The notes under the pieces are model-generated. The model saw only the letters and a program-made list of their open reading frames with translations, was not told the DNA's origin and ran no database searches. A program made the translations under genes and the position numbers. DNA of 53,998 nt from Vezdaea acicularis (Eukaryota), in contig JAPEUI010000052.1 of the NCBI GenBank assembly GCA_026025075.1, positions 62,001 through 115,998 of the forward strand. Reading direction: 5' to 3'. Numbering within the stretch: position 1 is the stretch's first letter; each line of letters starts with the position of its first letter. Below, one piece after another: positions 11,609-24,000 of this stretch.

Positions 11609-13402
11609 ATGTCAATAATCACAGCAACCTTATGGGTCCCTCGAGGTTTCGCGGCGCAATTTCCAACGAAATATGATATTGACGAAGCAGAATTCAGCCG
11701 GATTTCAAAGCTTGCAAAGCTCCAACTGGATGATGCCAGGGAAGATCTCAAGGAAGCGCGTCAGGACGATGGGTCAGAAGAGGAAATAGACAGCTTGCGT
11801 GATGGAGTTGAGCATAATGTAAAGATATCTGTATCTACGTTGTTCGTTGGCACCTAGTATATCATCCATATAATCTTGGCTCACCTTCTCAGAGACGCAG
11901 ATGACGATCTAAAGGAATATGACCTAGAGCATTACGATGATGATACCCATGAGGGCGAGGGCGAAGTGGCGGGAATGTTTGGAAACGTGAAGTCTTTAGC
12001 ATTTCATGAATCTAATGAGGAGGATCCTTATATTACGCTAGAAAATGTACGAAATGCTCCTCCTCATACATAGTGAAAGTGCGCTGATCTCTTGGTGTCT
12101 TCAGGATGAGGAGGAGAACGAGGAGAAAGAAGAGCTTCAAATCCTTGCGACAGATAACCTGGTCTTAGCCGCGAAACTAGAGGATGAAGTGGCTCATTTG
12201 GAGGTTTACGTATATGAGGACGAGGCAGACAACCTCTATGTTCACCATGACATCATGTTGCCGGCCATACCGCTCTGTGCCGAATGGCTTGATATTCCTG
12301 TTGGTGCCAAGAAAGCGGATAAAGATTCGAGGGGCAATTTCGTGGCGGTTGGAACTTTCGACCCCGATATTGAGATATGGGATCTAGACACAATCGACTG
12401 TATGTATCCCAGTGCAATATTAGGAGAAGGGGGACAGGAAGTCGCTGCAAGCGATAAATCCACGAAGAAGAAGCAGAAAAAGAAGAAGAAATCGAGAAAG
12501 CTAAATGACAGTTATCATGTCGACGCAGTCCTATCACTCGCAGCAAACCGACAGCACAGAAACTTGTTGGCCTCTGCTTCTGCAGATAATACTGTCAAGC
12601 TTTGGGACCTTAATACAACACAATGTGCAAAATCATATTCTTTTCACACAGATAAAGCCTGTACTCTTTCATGGCATCCACGAGAGTCGACGATATTACT
12701 CAGTGGGAGCTACGATCGAACAGTAGTCGCTGCGGACATGCGAGCCCCTGATGCGAAGATTCCGCGATGGAAGGTAGAAAGTGATGTTGAGACTGTACGA
12801 TGGGATCCTCACGACCCTAATTTCTTCTACGTATGTGGATCAGGGATACCTCAGAAGTCAGCGCGTTAACATCCCACTAGATATCTACTGAGAACGGCAT
12901 CATCCATTACCACGATGCTAGAATGATACCTAGTACCCTAGAATCCACGAAACCTATCTGGACCCTTCAAGCACACGATGAGTCCGTGTCTTCGTTTGAC
13001 GTCAATCCTATCATACCGGGTTTTTTAGCAACTGGCTCCACAGACAAGGAAGTCAAGTTATGGAATGTTCAATCATCAGGACCAAGCATGATAGTCTCAC
13101 GAAATCTTGACGTCGGGAAAGTCTTCTCGACCAATTTTGCTCCTGATAAGGAAGTTGGTTTCAGGCTTGCTGTAGCAGGGAGCAACGGAGTCATACAAAT
13201 TTGGGATACGTCTACCAACGCTGCTGTCCGGAAAGCTTTTGCAGGTAGAGTTGCACTACCTTCACCGGAAGCCAAGATGAAGGAGAGGCTTGTGAAAGTG
13301 AAAGATGATAGTAGTGATTCGGAGATAGAAGGGGGTGAAGAACCCGGGGGTGAAAGTCATACTGGCCGGGATGGATGGGACACTATGGACGAGGACGATT
13401 AA
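11609..13402 (+). CDS. PWP1: WD40 ribosome-biogenesis protein Pwp1
   Basis: Exons 11609-11841 (donor GTTCGT inferred from phase), 11893-12046, 12105-12830, 12881-13402. Motifs MSIITATLWVPRG, DDDLKEYDLEHYD, NLYVHHDIMLPAIPLCAEWLD and NFVAVGTFDPDIEIWDLD. Confidence 0.95.
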
Positions 13403-14143
13403 CGCTCCTTGTTTCAACAGCGTCTATCAATATCCTGGAATTGTATTCGACATTGTTACTAAAAGAATACACTTCTTGTTCCTTCCATCAAACTGGAACT
13501 CTAAGCCCTCAAAAGTTCTCTCGATTATCTCCGAAAAGTCTAAGGTGTTGCGATTCCAGTAGCATTGGCTAAAATCTCTCGCGACGGAGAGAAAAACATA
13601 TTACGACGGACTCAGCCAACTGAATCTTCCCTACAGCTATAAAGATCCATCATGTATAGAGGTGAGAATGTCAAAGGAGGTCTTAGAATGGCCGAGGGCC
13701 TTTTCATATTGGCCTTCGTTTCTATATGGTCGTGAAGAACAGAACGAACTTACGGCTCCTCATTAAAGGATATCCAAGCCCTCATACATATATGCTCCCC
13801 GTACGTCCAAATACTTCCAGGCAACGAAAGCTTTAGCTGAGCAAGACATTTGCCAGAAATCAAAGACTTAGATGCGACAACGAATGAGATATTATGGAAG
13901 GTCCATAATAAATTATTCTTTAGATATGTGGATCGTGAGTGTGCATTAAGGGCGATGAACAAGCTCCCGAGCCACATCAAGCCGGAGAGCGAGCATAGGA
14001 GCTGGGCAAAGATTCAAAGATATCCGAAAGGAACGCTGTACTGGCTTGATCCTGTCATGGTCCAAGATGTGTATCGAGCGTGCAGGAAGGCATTACAGGA
14101 GATATATGGAACGCTCTGACGCAGTGATCAAGTGAACACCTTT

Positions 14144-15665
14144 TTATTTGGTGAACCGCACGATAAACCTCAATGTCACGCCGGTTCCTCTATCTTTTTC
14201 TGTCCCAGCATCCGTGACATCTAATTCTTCCGCCTCTTCCACAAAATCCTTCAAGTTTTTCTCCAGATTACCATTTGTCTGCGCTTCCATGAAATTTGCC
14301 CAAATAGTCGTATTGCGCCCGGTCCTGATCGAGCTGACTTTCTTCACCTGCGCCTCCGGCATCTCAACCAGTCTATCGATAAATTCCTCCACCGTCCATG
14401 CTGGATCAACGCCGATATCCTTGGGTAGATTACCGCACACCGGACAGTCTGGCTTTTGCTCGTGTCGGAACGTGAATGTATATGCGCCTGCATCGCCAAC
14501 ATACATCATGTAATTATCCAGATAGGGGTTGCACCCTGTAGCAATCTTTAATGCTTCAGCACAGCAAGCAGCGGCAATAGTGGCGTTCGTCGACGCGATG
14601 GCTGGGATGATATTCTTGACCACGCCCTGCGTCAGTGAGTAGGTAACCCCTGAGATGTTGTAACTTTCGGCGCGCGCAAGCGCTTTATCATACAACCAAG
14701 TAATATGTGCTGGGTCGTCATTGTCTAATTCTTCCCCTTTACGCTCCTCTGGCCAGGCCATGATCTTCGCCCATTCGATACAGTGTTCCGGCTGCCTCGG
14801 TATTGTGGCGAGGGTGCAAAGCGGCACGGCGGCGCGTGGGGCGTGCATCTCCATCTGGCACTCGATGCAAGACGAGAGTGTTGGCAGGATCACTTTGGCT
14901 TGGCCTTTGAATCCCTCAGTACCGCCGTCAATCAAGGGTTTCAGGCTTTCGGGGTTTTCATCGTCAACCAAGGAGACGAGCTTGTTGTTGATCCAGCGCC
15001 GCGCAGATATACTGTCCAGCCCGCTAAGGATCATCTTGAATTGCATATAGAATTCATCAGGCTTCTCTTCGATCCGCATGCAGTGAGGAGTGACCTTAAT
15101 GCCGGGAATACGCTTCGACACGAAGTCAGCCGCCACTTCGGCTTTGTACTTGCCCACGTCTGCCTGACGGAACAGGAATTGCCGATTGAGGTTTGAGACG
15201 TCAATCGTGTCTTTTGAGCACGATGAGATGTTAGCCGGAGTTGAAATGGTGAAATGACTCTTGGGCATACCCATGTCTATGACATGTATATCTTTGAAGC
15301 CCGAAAGGGCCAAGTCTTTCAACATCTCACATCCAAGTCCTCCTGCGCCTCTTCTCATAGTCAGTAACCCCGCCTTCTTGCGGAGCAGGACGCGTACATG
15401 ACCCTTGAATCGCATTAGTACACCTGTACTTTCTCAACAGAGGCGCAGCACATACAGCACCCTTGAATCCTCAAGCTGCGTTATAGCTTCCTTCCCTGGA
15501 ACCCAGTCCGCGTCTGTGAAAGGACCCCGCGTATTCAAAATCTTCTTGATCGTGCTGCTGCGACATAATCAGATCCTATGAATCCAGAACACCGGCAGTG
15601 AGAGCATACTGCTGCCTTCTACTGAGCCCGTTCCCATTTATCAGAGGCTCTGCAGTTGTGGCCAT
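14144..15665 (-). CDS. UBA3: NEDD8-activating enzyme E1 catalytic subunit Uba3
   Basis: Exons 15665-15610, 15557-15456, 15403-15398 (6 nt), 15350-15271, 15210-14144. Motifs [39 protein letters not shown] and the catalytic PLCTLATIPRQPEHC. Confidence 0.94.
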
Positions 15666-15888
15666 AGCTGATGCGCACAAATCCTGCAGTCGTGAAGTGG
15701 GATGAAGTTTCCGCTATAACACGCAGAGCGGAATCAATGTCGCGAAAGCGGAAGGTACTCCGCCTCAAACTTTCCAAACTTCAGCCTGAGTAAAATAAAA
15801 CCGGCTCCACCTAAAGTGCTTCAGTCTCAAATATGTGTCAGGGTGTTGTCATGGAAGAAAATGCAACTGTAGTCTCGAGATCAAAGAA

Positions 15889-18800
15889 ATGGAAGACCTG
15901 CTCACCCCCTTGAAGATGACCGTTATATCTGTCTCAACTCATCAGCAAGAGCCGTCCTTGCTCCAGAATGCCGCGAAGAAGACGTCTACCGCCCAGCCCC
16001 CAAAAGGATACGAAAGCAAAAAATATGTGACCTACTCCAATCCAGATGAGGTTTTAGAAGCTCTCCGGTCGAAACCTCAGGTCGAGGAATTGAGATCCGC
16101 GTTACGGTTTCTCCGAAAACAACCTGCAGAAGGCAGCTTTGATATCACTGACCTGGGTCCTAAAGCTGCCCAGATTATTAATGTACTTGTCGTATCTATA
16201 ATCCCAGACTTCTGGGATTCTTTGGTTCCGTCTGAAGTTGGCAATCAAGTTCAAATCCTCCCAGTAGAGATCAAATTGCTTCTGGAATGCCTCACAAGTG
16301 TCACTGGCCTCGGCGCCATTGTCGCCAAGCTGCGCTCGTTATGTATCTTGTACAAAGATGGCAAAGCTAATATCCAACGCTTGGATGTGACCGCACAGCT
16401 GGCTGCTCTACATCACGCATTGAGCCTCATTGTATCTACTCCAACATTCCTCAAAACACTGTACGAGAACGCCTGGATCAAGACAAAGGATCCCGTGAAG
16501 CAGGCCGGTCTATGGCGGGAGACCCTCGCGGTTGTTTCCTCCGGAAAACTCGTATCTGCTGCCATAGAAGCGGAAGATATCATAAAAGCAGAAGCTAAGG
16601 AGATACGACAGAAGAGTTCTAGTCCCCTTCAGAGTGGAGAGCGATACAGTCAATTGTTGGCAACATTCACCGCAGAGTTGGCTCTCAAATCAAACGCAGA
16701 AACTGAGGAGGATTTGCCGTGGAGACCACTTGCACAACTACTAGGGAAAGCAGGAAGCATAGGTTTCAGAGGTTTGTCCCCCATTCCAATCCACCATATA
16801 AGGCAGCGTTCTAACAGCTCCCAGACGAGTTGTTCGAACAATTCTACTCTCGGGTCCTATTGGAAAATAATCGTGCAGCATGGCCACAATTTCATGCTGT
16901 TTTCAGTAAATTGGTCATGCATGAGCAGCGGAATGCACTGGTATCAATGCTTAGGACGCTGTCAAAGTGGTTGCCAGATAAGATTCAGAATTGGGTTGAG
17001 GATCGTGCCTGGCATGAGAGGGAATCAGACGAAATAGCGGGTATTGCGGCAGTGATTAGCGGTATTATAAAACACAATGATGTGCTCAAGGACTTTATTG
17101 TAAGCTGGTTGACTGGGAATTCGGGGGGCCTTGCAAGTGGCATCGGTATCAAAAGGACTGTTCTTGCGGCCTTGCTTCCCCATGAAGGTGAGATAAATGG
17201 CTAGTGCTTATGTTTTTTGCTCCTACTGACGCCCCTTAGACAAAATTCAAGCTGTGCTTGAGAAGACTTTGCAAGACTTTGCCGACAAGCTCTACATCAA
17301 ACACGCCCCTGTTCTCGAGCAAGAAGGTACTCCGACCTCCAGCCCCTTTTGGCGCATTACTAATTCCTGAGAAAGCGAACGCGCAAACATTACTCCTCTC
17401 AGCAGGTTACATAAACCGCGTCTTCCCCCAATTCGTGTCCAACCTAGCCAGATCAGGCCTCTACCTGAACGGAATATCCAACCGCCTAGCCGCGTCATCG
17501 GAACGAAGTCGCTTCCTTGGAATGATCGTCGGAACCGCAATATCTGAGCTTGTGGATAAGCCAGACAAGCGGATGAACTTCGGACTTGAAGAATTAGAGA
17601 ATGACGAGTCCAAGTGGTATCGCAGCCTGATCCAAGTTCAAGATCGGATAGGCGAGATCAAAGACCTTGTAGGCAGGCAGATAGAGAGGAAAGGCGTCAA
17701 AGGGAAGAAGCCCATGAAGAGAAAAGAGACTCTTGCAGTAGTACCAGTCTCTGCAAAGTCCAAAATCACTAGTATCGAAGAAGTTGCAAGTGGCTCGGAC
17801 ACAGAAGACGACCTAGTCCCTTACGACAAGCCCGACTCGGACCCCGAAGACTCTGACGATGACCCAACCCTGGTTAGGCGCGGTAAACCCACCGCTCCTG
17901 TCTATGTCAGGGACCTCGTAACCTACTTGCGCTCCACTGACAATTTCGACCACCAACGTCTCGCTCTCCTCACTGCCCCCAATCTCATCCGCCGAAAAGC
18001 AAACTTCGGCACCGAAGTCTCCTCCCACGCCGAGGAGCTTGCCACCTTACTCACCGGTTTATCGGATAAATTTGAAATCGCCGACTTCGCCAAGATGCGC
18101 CTACAGGGCATGATCGCCATCCTGATCTCGCAGCCCCTGAAAATGGGGCAGTGGTTCGCCAAAACCTTCTTCGACGGCGACTACTCCCTTTCGCAGCGCC
18201 TCTCCATCCTAACCACGCTTGGTCTTGGTGCGCGCGAGCTCGGCGGGCTCAAAGGCGAGGACGGAGATCTGACCGGCGCGAACATCCCCCCTGAAGCATT
18301 ATTCCCGAGCAAGCTACTACCCTCAAAACTACACAAAATATACGCAGGCCCCTCAACCTCCCTGATCGACAGTATTGCCTCTCAGCTCGAGTCGACCATG
18401 ATCCAGCCCCTCGCCATCGAAGCAGCCGACCAACTCTCCGGCCCCAACGCGCTCAAAGTCCGCACCTTCAGCTCCCGCCTCGCCGTCAACGCAAAGCGCA
18501 CTAAAGCAATCCCGAACGCGCTCGCCAAGGTCGTCGCAGATGGCTTCTTCTTCCCCCTGACGGGCCGTTGGTGGGTCCAAATGCGCACCTACGGCGATAA
18601 GCACGTCCAATATACCCCTATGGTGCTCGCACACTTCCTCAAGACGCTCGCACTGATCCTACACGCGAGCGGGCGTGCAACACTCGCCCTAACGCAGATG
18701 ACACGCGAATTCTGGGACCTGCTCCTAGCCATACGTGCGGAGGCGCTGGGGGCAGAGAGTAATGTGCTCGAGGCCCTACTCTTTGCGTTCCTGACCCTGC

Positions 18801-19015
18801 TTGATGTCAACGAGGATAAGCGCCGTCTGGCAGACGACCATGCGCGCGAGTTGCTCGAGACGATGAAGTGGGCGGAGATGGTTATGGCACAGCATCGCGG
18901 TGAGGAGGCGGAGGGTGACCGCGTCAGGGGCTTGGCGGCTGGTGTCCTGGTTAGGTGTCAGCAGGTCGTGGAGAAGTATCAGAGGTTGTTGATGGGGGAT
19001 ATGGTCGCGCTGTGA
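15889..19015 (+). CDS. TEL2: Telomere length regulation / TTT complex protein Tel2
   Basis: Exons 15889-16771, 16825-17187, 17240-17326, 17376-19015. Motifs YLNGISNRLAASSERSRFLGMIVG, the acidic DSDPEDSDDDPT and PTAPVYVRDLVTYL..APNLIRRKANFGTEV. Confidence 0.9.
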
Positions 19016-20312
19016 TTGGCTTTGGGGGGGGGCGCTTGGAACCTGGAGTTACGCGGAAAGAGATGGGCAGTCTGGTCTCTACGCTAGGCTAGATTCTACA
19101 CATGTAGTGAAGAAGTAACTTGTAAGGCCACCTACTCTTCATGCATCCGGCGTTGGAAATAGACTGGAAAAAGTCGGGGACAGGCGAGAGCTCCTCACAT
19201 GAGAAAGCTACTTGTAAAGTTCTTTTTACCGTGTCTCGCTCAGAGAGCTCCACGAGGCAGGACACCGCTTCCGTAACAAACCAAGTCTGCACTCCACTTA
19301 TGCTCGTTCTCTCTGGAGAGGGCCACGATATGCATCACTCACCAAACAGGATATGTGAAAAGACGTACTGACCAGCGTGTTCGAAACACAGAAATCGACT
19401 TGTCAAGACTCGAAAAAGAATTGCGGATGGATGAACGTAGCCCCAACTGATCAAGCCCCGACTTGGGGTTCCTATCAATCAAGCCCCTAGTTCAGCTGGA
19501 GTAGTAGAGTAAGTCTAGGTTCAAGGAAAAAAGGCCATAGATGCAGAACATCTACTGATTCTATACAGAGGAGAAACGGAAAACACACATCCAGCACAGA
19601 TAGCAAGAGAGAGAGAGAGAACAGGCAAAACGTCCCAGGAATCAACAACGATTCTGGCGCTGCAACCCCCCCCCCCCCTCTCTGGTGCTACGACCTCTGC
19701 CAGGAATAATGACGCTTCCCCCGCGTCTCCACCGGAGATGGCGTGAGTGCAAGTTCAAGTAATTAAACATGCTGCGGTTATTGACGATGTGTGGTGAAGA
19801 GATGGACGACGGGCGTACAGCTCTCAGCGACACCTGCTACGAGAGGAGTGGTGGGAGGATCACAACGCCACCGCTACATTAGATCTGCTTTTATACCTGC
19901 TCGCCTGATCGAGATCAGCTGAAGCAATTCCCGTATATAGTGGCAAGGGTGCCGGTGTTAGAAGAGGATGGTGGGGTGGCTTGAAGGGGGCTAGCTGCTT
20001 TATCATCGCAGTAGAGCGCATTCAATGCAGAAATTTGGTAGTAAGCACAGAACGATGTTTCTAAGCCCGTCACATAAAGTTCAATCACTGGATTTGGCCT
20101 CTAGTAGCACTATCGTGACACAAACAGATTGCAGTCTCCTACACTAACGCTCGCTGCCAAATGGACTAAGAAATCCATGAGAATGACATCCAAGAACACC
20201 GTCCATTTCCCGCTAAATGGCATGAGATGAAGTCGAGGTCAGGACTATGGAAAATGTACAGAGGAAGAGAAAGACACCCAGGTCCCAGGAAACCAGTCCC
20301 GAAGGGTCAAAA

Positions 20313-21041
20313 TCATATCCATCTTGGCACCCTTGGGGGTGCTCTGCCTCCAAAGGCAACACCGAAAAGATCCTGGATCTCTGAGATGTAATCGTCGACA
20401 CCAAATTTGTAAAGCCCCTTCCGCCGCAACAGTAGCTCCTCTTCGTCCTCGACACGCTCAGCTAGACCCATTTCCTCTGCAAGCTCGTTGACTTGAGCCA
20501 GTTCCCGGCCGAAGGGGTGGTTGCTAATGCTGAAGTTGCTCGTCATCGGGCTGATGGGAATTGTCGTTTGAGAGGCAGTTGGTAGAGATGTTGGAGGTGC
20601 TTCTCTCAACGACCGTTGCCGCGCAACAGCGACATGTTTGGCAACGGTATGTGTATTTGCGCGCTCGGGGACAGCGGGCGCGGGAGTGATGATGCTGCTC
20701 TTCTTCATCCCTGTTTCGGATCGATCAAAGTACTCGGTGAGGTGATTCGGTGCTGGAGAACCAGGCGGCGAGTCTAGGGACGAGGTACTTGAGCCGCGAG
20801 TCGAGAAGACTGGTGAGTTGTCCGAGTCGTCATCGGAATTTGACGGTGACAATCCATGAAGATCTGGAGCATTGTATGAGAGCATGTTCGTCGACGAGAT
20901 TAGCTCTACCGGAGCGGAGATCTTTGCTCGAATATCCAAATCGTTTGCGGGGTGTCGCTGACTGAACGAACGCGACGGCATAGGTGCTGAGATCTCCGGG
21001 CGCTTTGCGCGCCTTGATGTGAAAGCTCTTGCTAGAGACAT
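20313..21041 (-). CDS. Conserved fungal hypothetical protein (S/P-rich, 242 aa)
   Basis: Single ORF with ATG. The blocks MSLARAFTSRR, KISAPVELISSTNMLSYNAPDL, HPFGRELAQVNELAEE and KGLYKFGVDDYISEI resemble an uncharacterised Pezizomycotina family (recognised from memory). Confidence 0.8.
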   Translation of the reverse strand: MSLARAFTSRRAKRPEISAPMPSRSFSQRHPANDLDIRAKISAPVELISSTNMLSYNAPDLHGLSPSNSDDDSDNSPVFSTRGSSTSSLDSPPGSPAPNHLTEYFDRSETGMKKSSIITPAPAVPERANTHTVAKHVAVARQRSLREAPPTSLPTASQTTIPISPMTSNFSISNHPFGRELAQVNELAEEMGLAERVEDEEELLLRRKGLYKFGVDDYISEIQDLFGVAFGGRAPPRVPRWI

Positions 21042-24000
21042 TGTATCTATGTGATGGTGTTATGAGATGTTGCCGTAAAGGCTCTATATAGCTAGAAGTT
21101 GACAGCCAGTGCCAAAAAGAAGTTGATTGTCCAAGTTTGCGCTTCGCCAAGCGCGGTGGGCACACGTTCAGATCTTTCAGAGACAAAGCTGATGCTGCGG
21201 CTCTCCGATGTTTCCAAAAATGTGAATCTGCACGTTGGGAGTGTGCGCTTATCGAGACCCAAACCTGGTGGGATGTTTATGCGGATCTACAAAACGTTTC
21301 GTCTTGTCGGTGGGGCAGCGCTTAGCTTGTTATCGCGATTGGATTTGAGTGTCGTGGTTATGCTGCTCGCCGGATGGTGACCCGGTCAGCGCAGAGAAGT
21401 GTGCCTTGACGTTTGAGTTTGTATAGTATCTTAATGATGGGGTTACAGGACAGGCTGAAGTTCTGTCGTCGCGACGTGGAGTCACGGTCTGAGATATGCG
21501 ACCGATGTCTCGATGATGCGATGGTCTATGTGTCGTCCCAAGCGCAAGGGGTGCACGGTCACCTCGTGATGTGCCTCACAGAGACAGTGAAGATATACAG
21601 TGGGTAGGGAGGGTGTTGTGGATAGGATTGTGTGGTATGCCTTGATCGGCAAAAAACTGATGAATCTGCGTGGATCCAGCGGACGCAGCCCGAGAATGAA
21701 TGTCAGTCACAGCTAGGTGACGCCTGGTGAAAGGGAGTGTATAAGACGGCGGAGAGAAAAGAGCGCACCACCGGCGGGGCAAAAAAGAAGGTGAAGTTCA
21801 AGACAACAGCAGACAGCGAAGAGGTCCGTGTGGAAAGAAGGAAAGCGAGCGGGGAGGGGGGAAGGGACAAGAGATAGAGAGCGGAGGAGAAAGGGAAAAA
21901 AAGAGTATGAGGGATTTGAGACGCGGTCGGGAGAGACGGGGGGAGCGGCGGCCAACGGGCGGTGCGTGCGTGGCCGAACGCAGAAGGATGTGGGTGCTCG
22001 GGGGAGGAAGTGACGAGGGAGTGGGAGTGCCGTGGACCATTCCGCCTTCGTCCTGGTGGGGGAAGCGCGACCGAGGGGGAGGCTGCCGTGGCCCATCAGG
22101 AGAGCGCGCTCGGCTATCGACGTGAAAGCGGCAAGAGGATTCTGTCACCGTCGGCGCCGGCGCAGGGGCGGCCCATAGGCATCACGCCGCGGTGCCAAGC
22201 CCTCCCCCACTGATTGGCGTTGGGCGAGCCACGGCGACCGGGCCCGCAGCCTCGCTAGACCCGAAGAGGGCTAAGGACAACGCCCTAGCCGGGATCGGGG
22301 TTTGCCCACTCAGGGGCGTGAAACCGACCGGCCGGCTCGCAGGCAAAGCAACTCCACCGCCAATCCCAAGGTCCCGCCGCTCCCACGCCGACATCTTCAT
22401 CGCATCGCAATCGCCGTTGGTGATGGAGCCGCCCACCGGGCCAGCACGTTTCAAAGTTTCAAACCGCCCGCCAGCCAAGCGAATCATCGCTTCGACCCTC
22501 CAGGCCGCGCGCGGGTCACGGCCAGGAGCTGAGCGAGCCTGGCCTTTTGCCTGTGCTCCCCGTTTCAATGCCCTGGATGCTGTCTGCCTGGCGAGCAGGT
22601 GGCTTGGCTCAACATTTGCGCGGGCACCGAGTATGCTGTAGGTGTAGGACAAGACCAGGTAGGACCCGGACGCAGTATTGATTCTGGGTGGGGAGCGGCG
22701 ACGCCATGCTGGGCTCAGGGGCGCAGAAGCCTCAATGAAGCTTGGCAAGGAAGACGCGGACTCCAAAGCCTCAAGCATCCCCACCGTCCCAGCCAAGAGG
22801 TGGAGTCAGCGTGCGATTATCGAGTCGAAGTATTGAGGACGCAAGATTGCTGCATCGGATGTGTAGGCCCGCAGATCTACCATGTGTTGTCGATACTTTT
22901 CGACAAGGCAACCCTCGTAATAGCAAGAAAGAGGAGGATTTGGACAGTTGCAGCTACCTTACCTCGTGCACTCCTCAACTCTTGAATGCATTCAGGACTG
23001 AGGCGTAGTACCGCGCTGCAGGAGCCGTGACTCTGGTTTACAGGGGTCAAAAAAGAAAAACTTGAAACCAGAACTTCCAGCCGTGGCTATCCTTGATAGC
23101 CAATGAACCGAAGAAAAGAAAGAGGGAAAAAAAAGATCGATGGCCCTCGTATCTTGGAATTAATCGCCAAAAGATATCTTGGTCAGGCTCAGTCGAATAC
23201 GCTATACCTGGAGCACAATGGATGACGATCTCCTGCTGGTGAATTGGCCGAAGGATCCTTCATACTGAGCAGGCCTGCGGGGCAGCCGGCGAAGGATCGC
23301 ACTGTGGGCTTGTCAGGGCAGGGTTTGGGGGGAAGCGAAGAACGCGTTCGCCGTTGTGGACGCGATTGTTGGGGTACATGCTTCCGGCGTGCACTGAAGT
23401 GACCTTTCCGCTTCCTTCCCAGGGTATATGACCTTGGAATGTTGCTGATGCTGGCATCAGGCTGCAGCTATCCCTGACCGGAGACCAGTTTGGGACCAAA
23501 AGGATTAATTCACTTATGCTCTGTATTCCTCTCTATGGAACACTCGGCCGTGGTTTTCAAGAGATTGGAGGGGTTGATATCGTATTGATGTATCCAGTGC
23601 AAGAGTCCTCCATACTTCTTTTCTTGGACGGCTACGTATGGGATCCACAGTGGGGCAGATTAAGGATTACCATGACTAGGTAATGGGCTGTATGAAAACC
23701 ACCATGGACCGGCCAGCCACCTCCTGTCATCAACATCAAGGAGCTCTTAGTTCTGAAGTTTTCTTCGAGACTTAGTAATATCATTGCCATTTATATCTAA
23801 CCTCCGCGCAGATAAAAGAAAAGTTTGGACAGCAAAAATTTCCCTGTTGCAGCCCTCGCAAAGGGGCCGAGTTCAACAAGGAAGCAGCATCTGCTAAGAA
23901 GTGGTTCCCGAGTGCCCAGTTATCTTAGCCTTGAGCTTGTCAGCCAGTCCCACATGTGCCTGGCCGTCCTCCTTGTGCCCCTCGGGCTCTGGAGTTCTGT

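Noticed and set aside
22182..23008. ORFs of 128-204 aa in the long intergenic region
   Set aside because: Ala/Arg/Pro-rich on both strands, with no domain motifs and no consistent splice structure.
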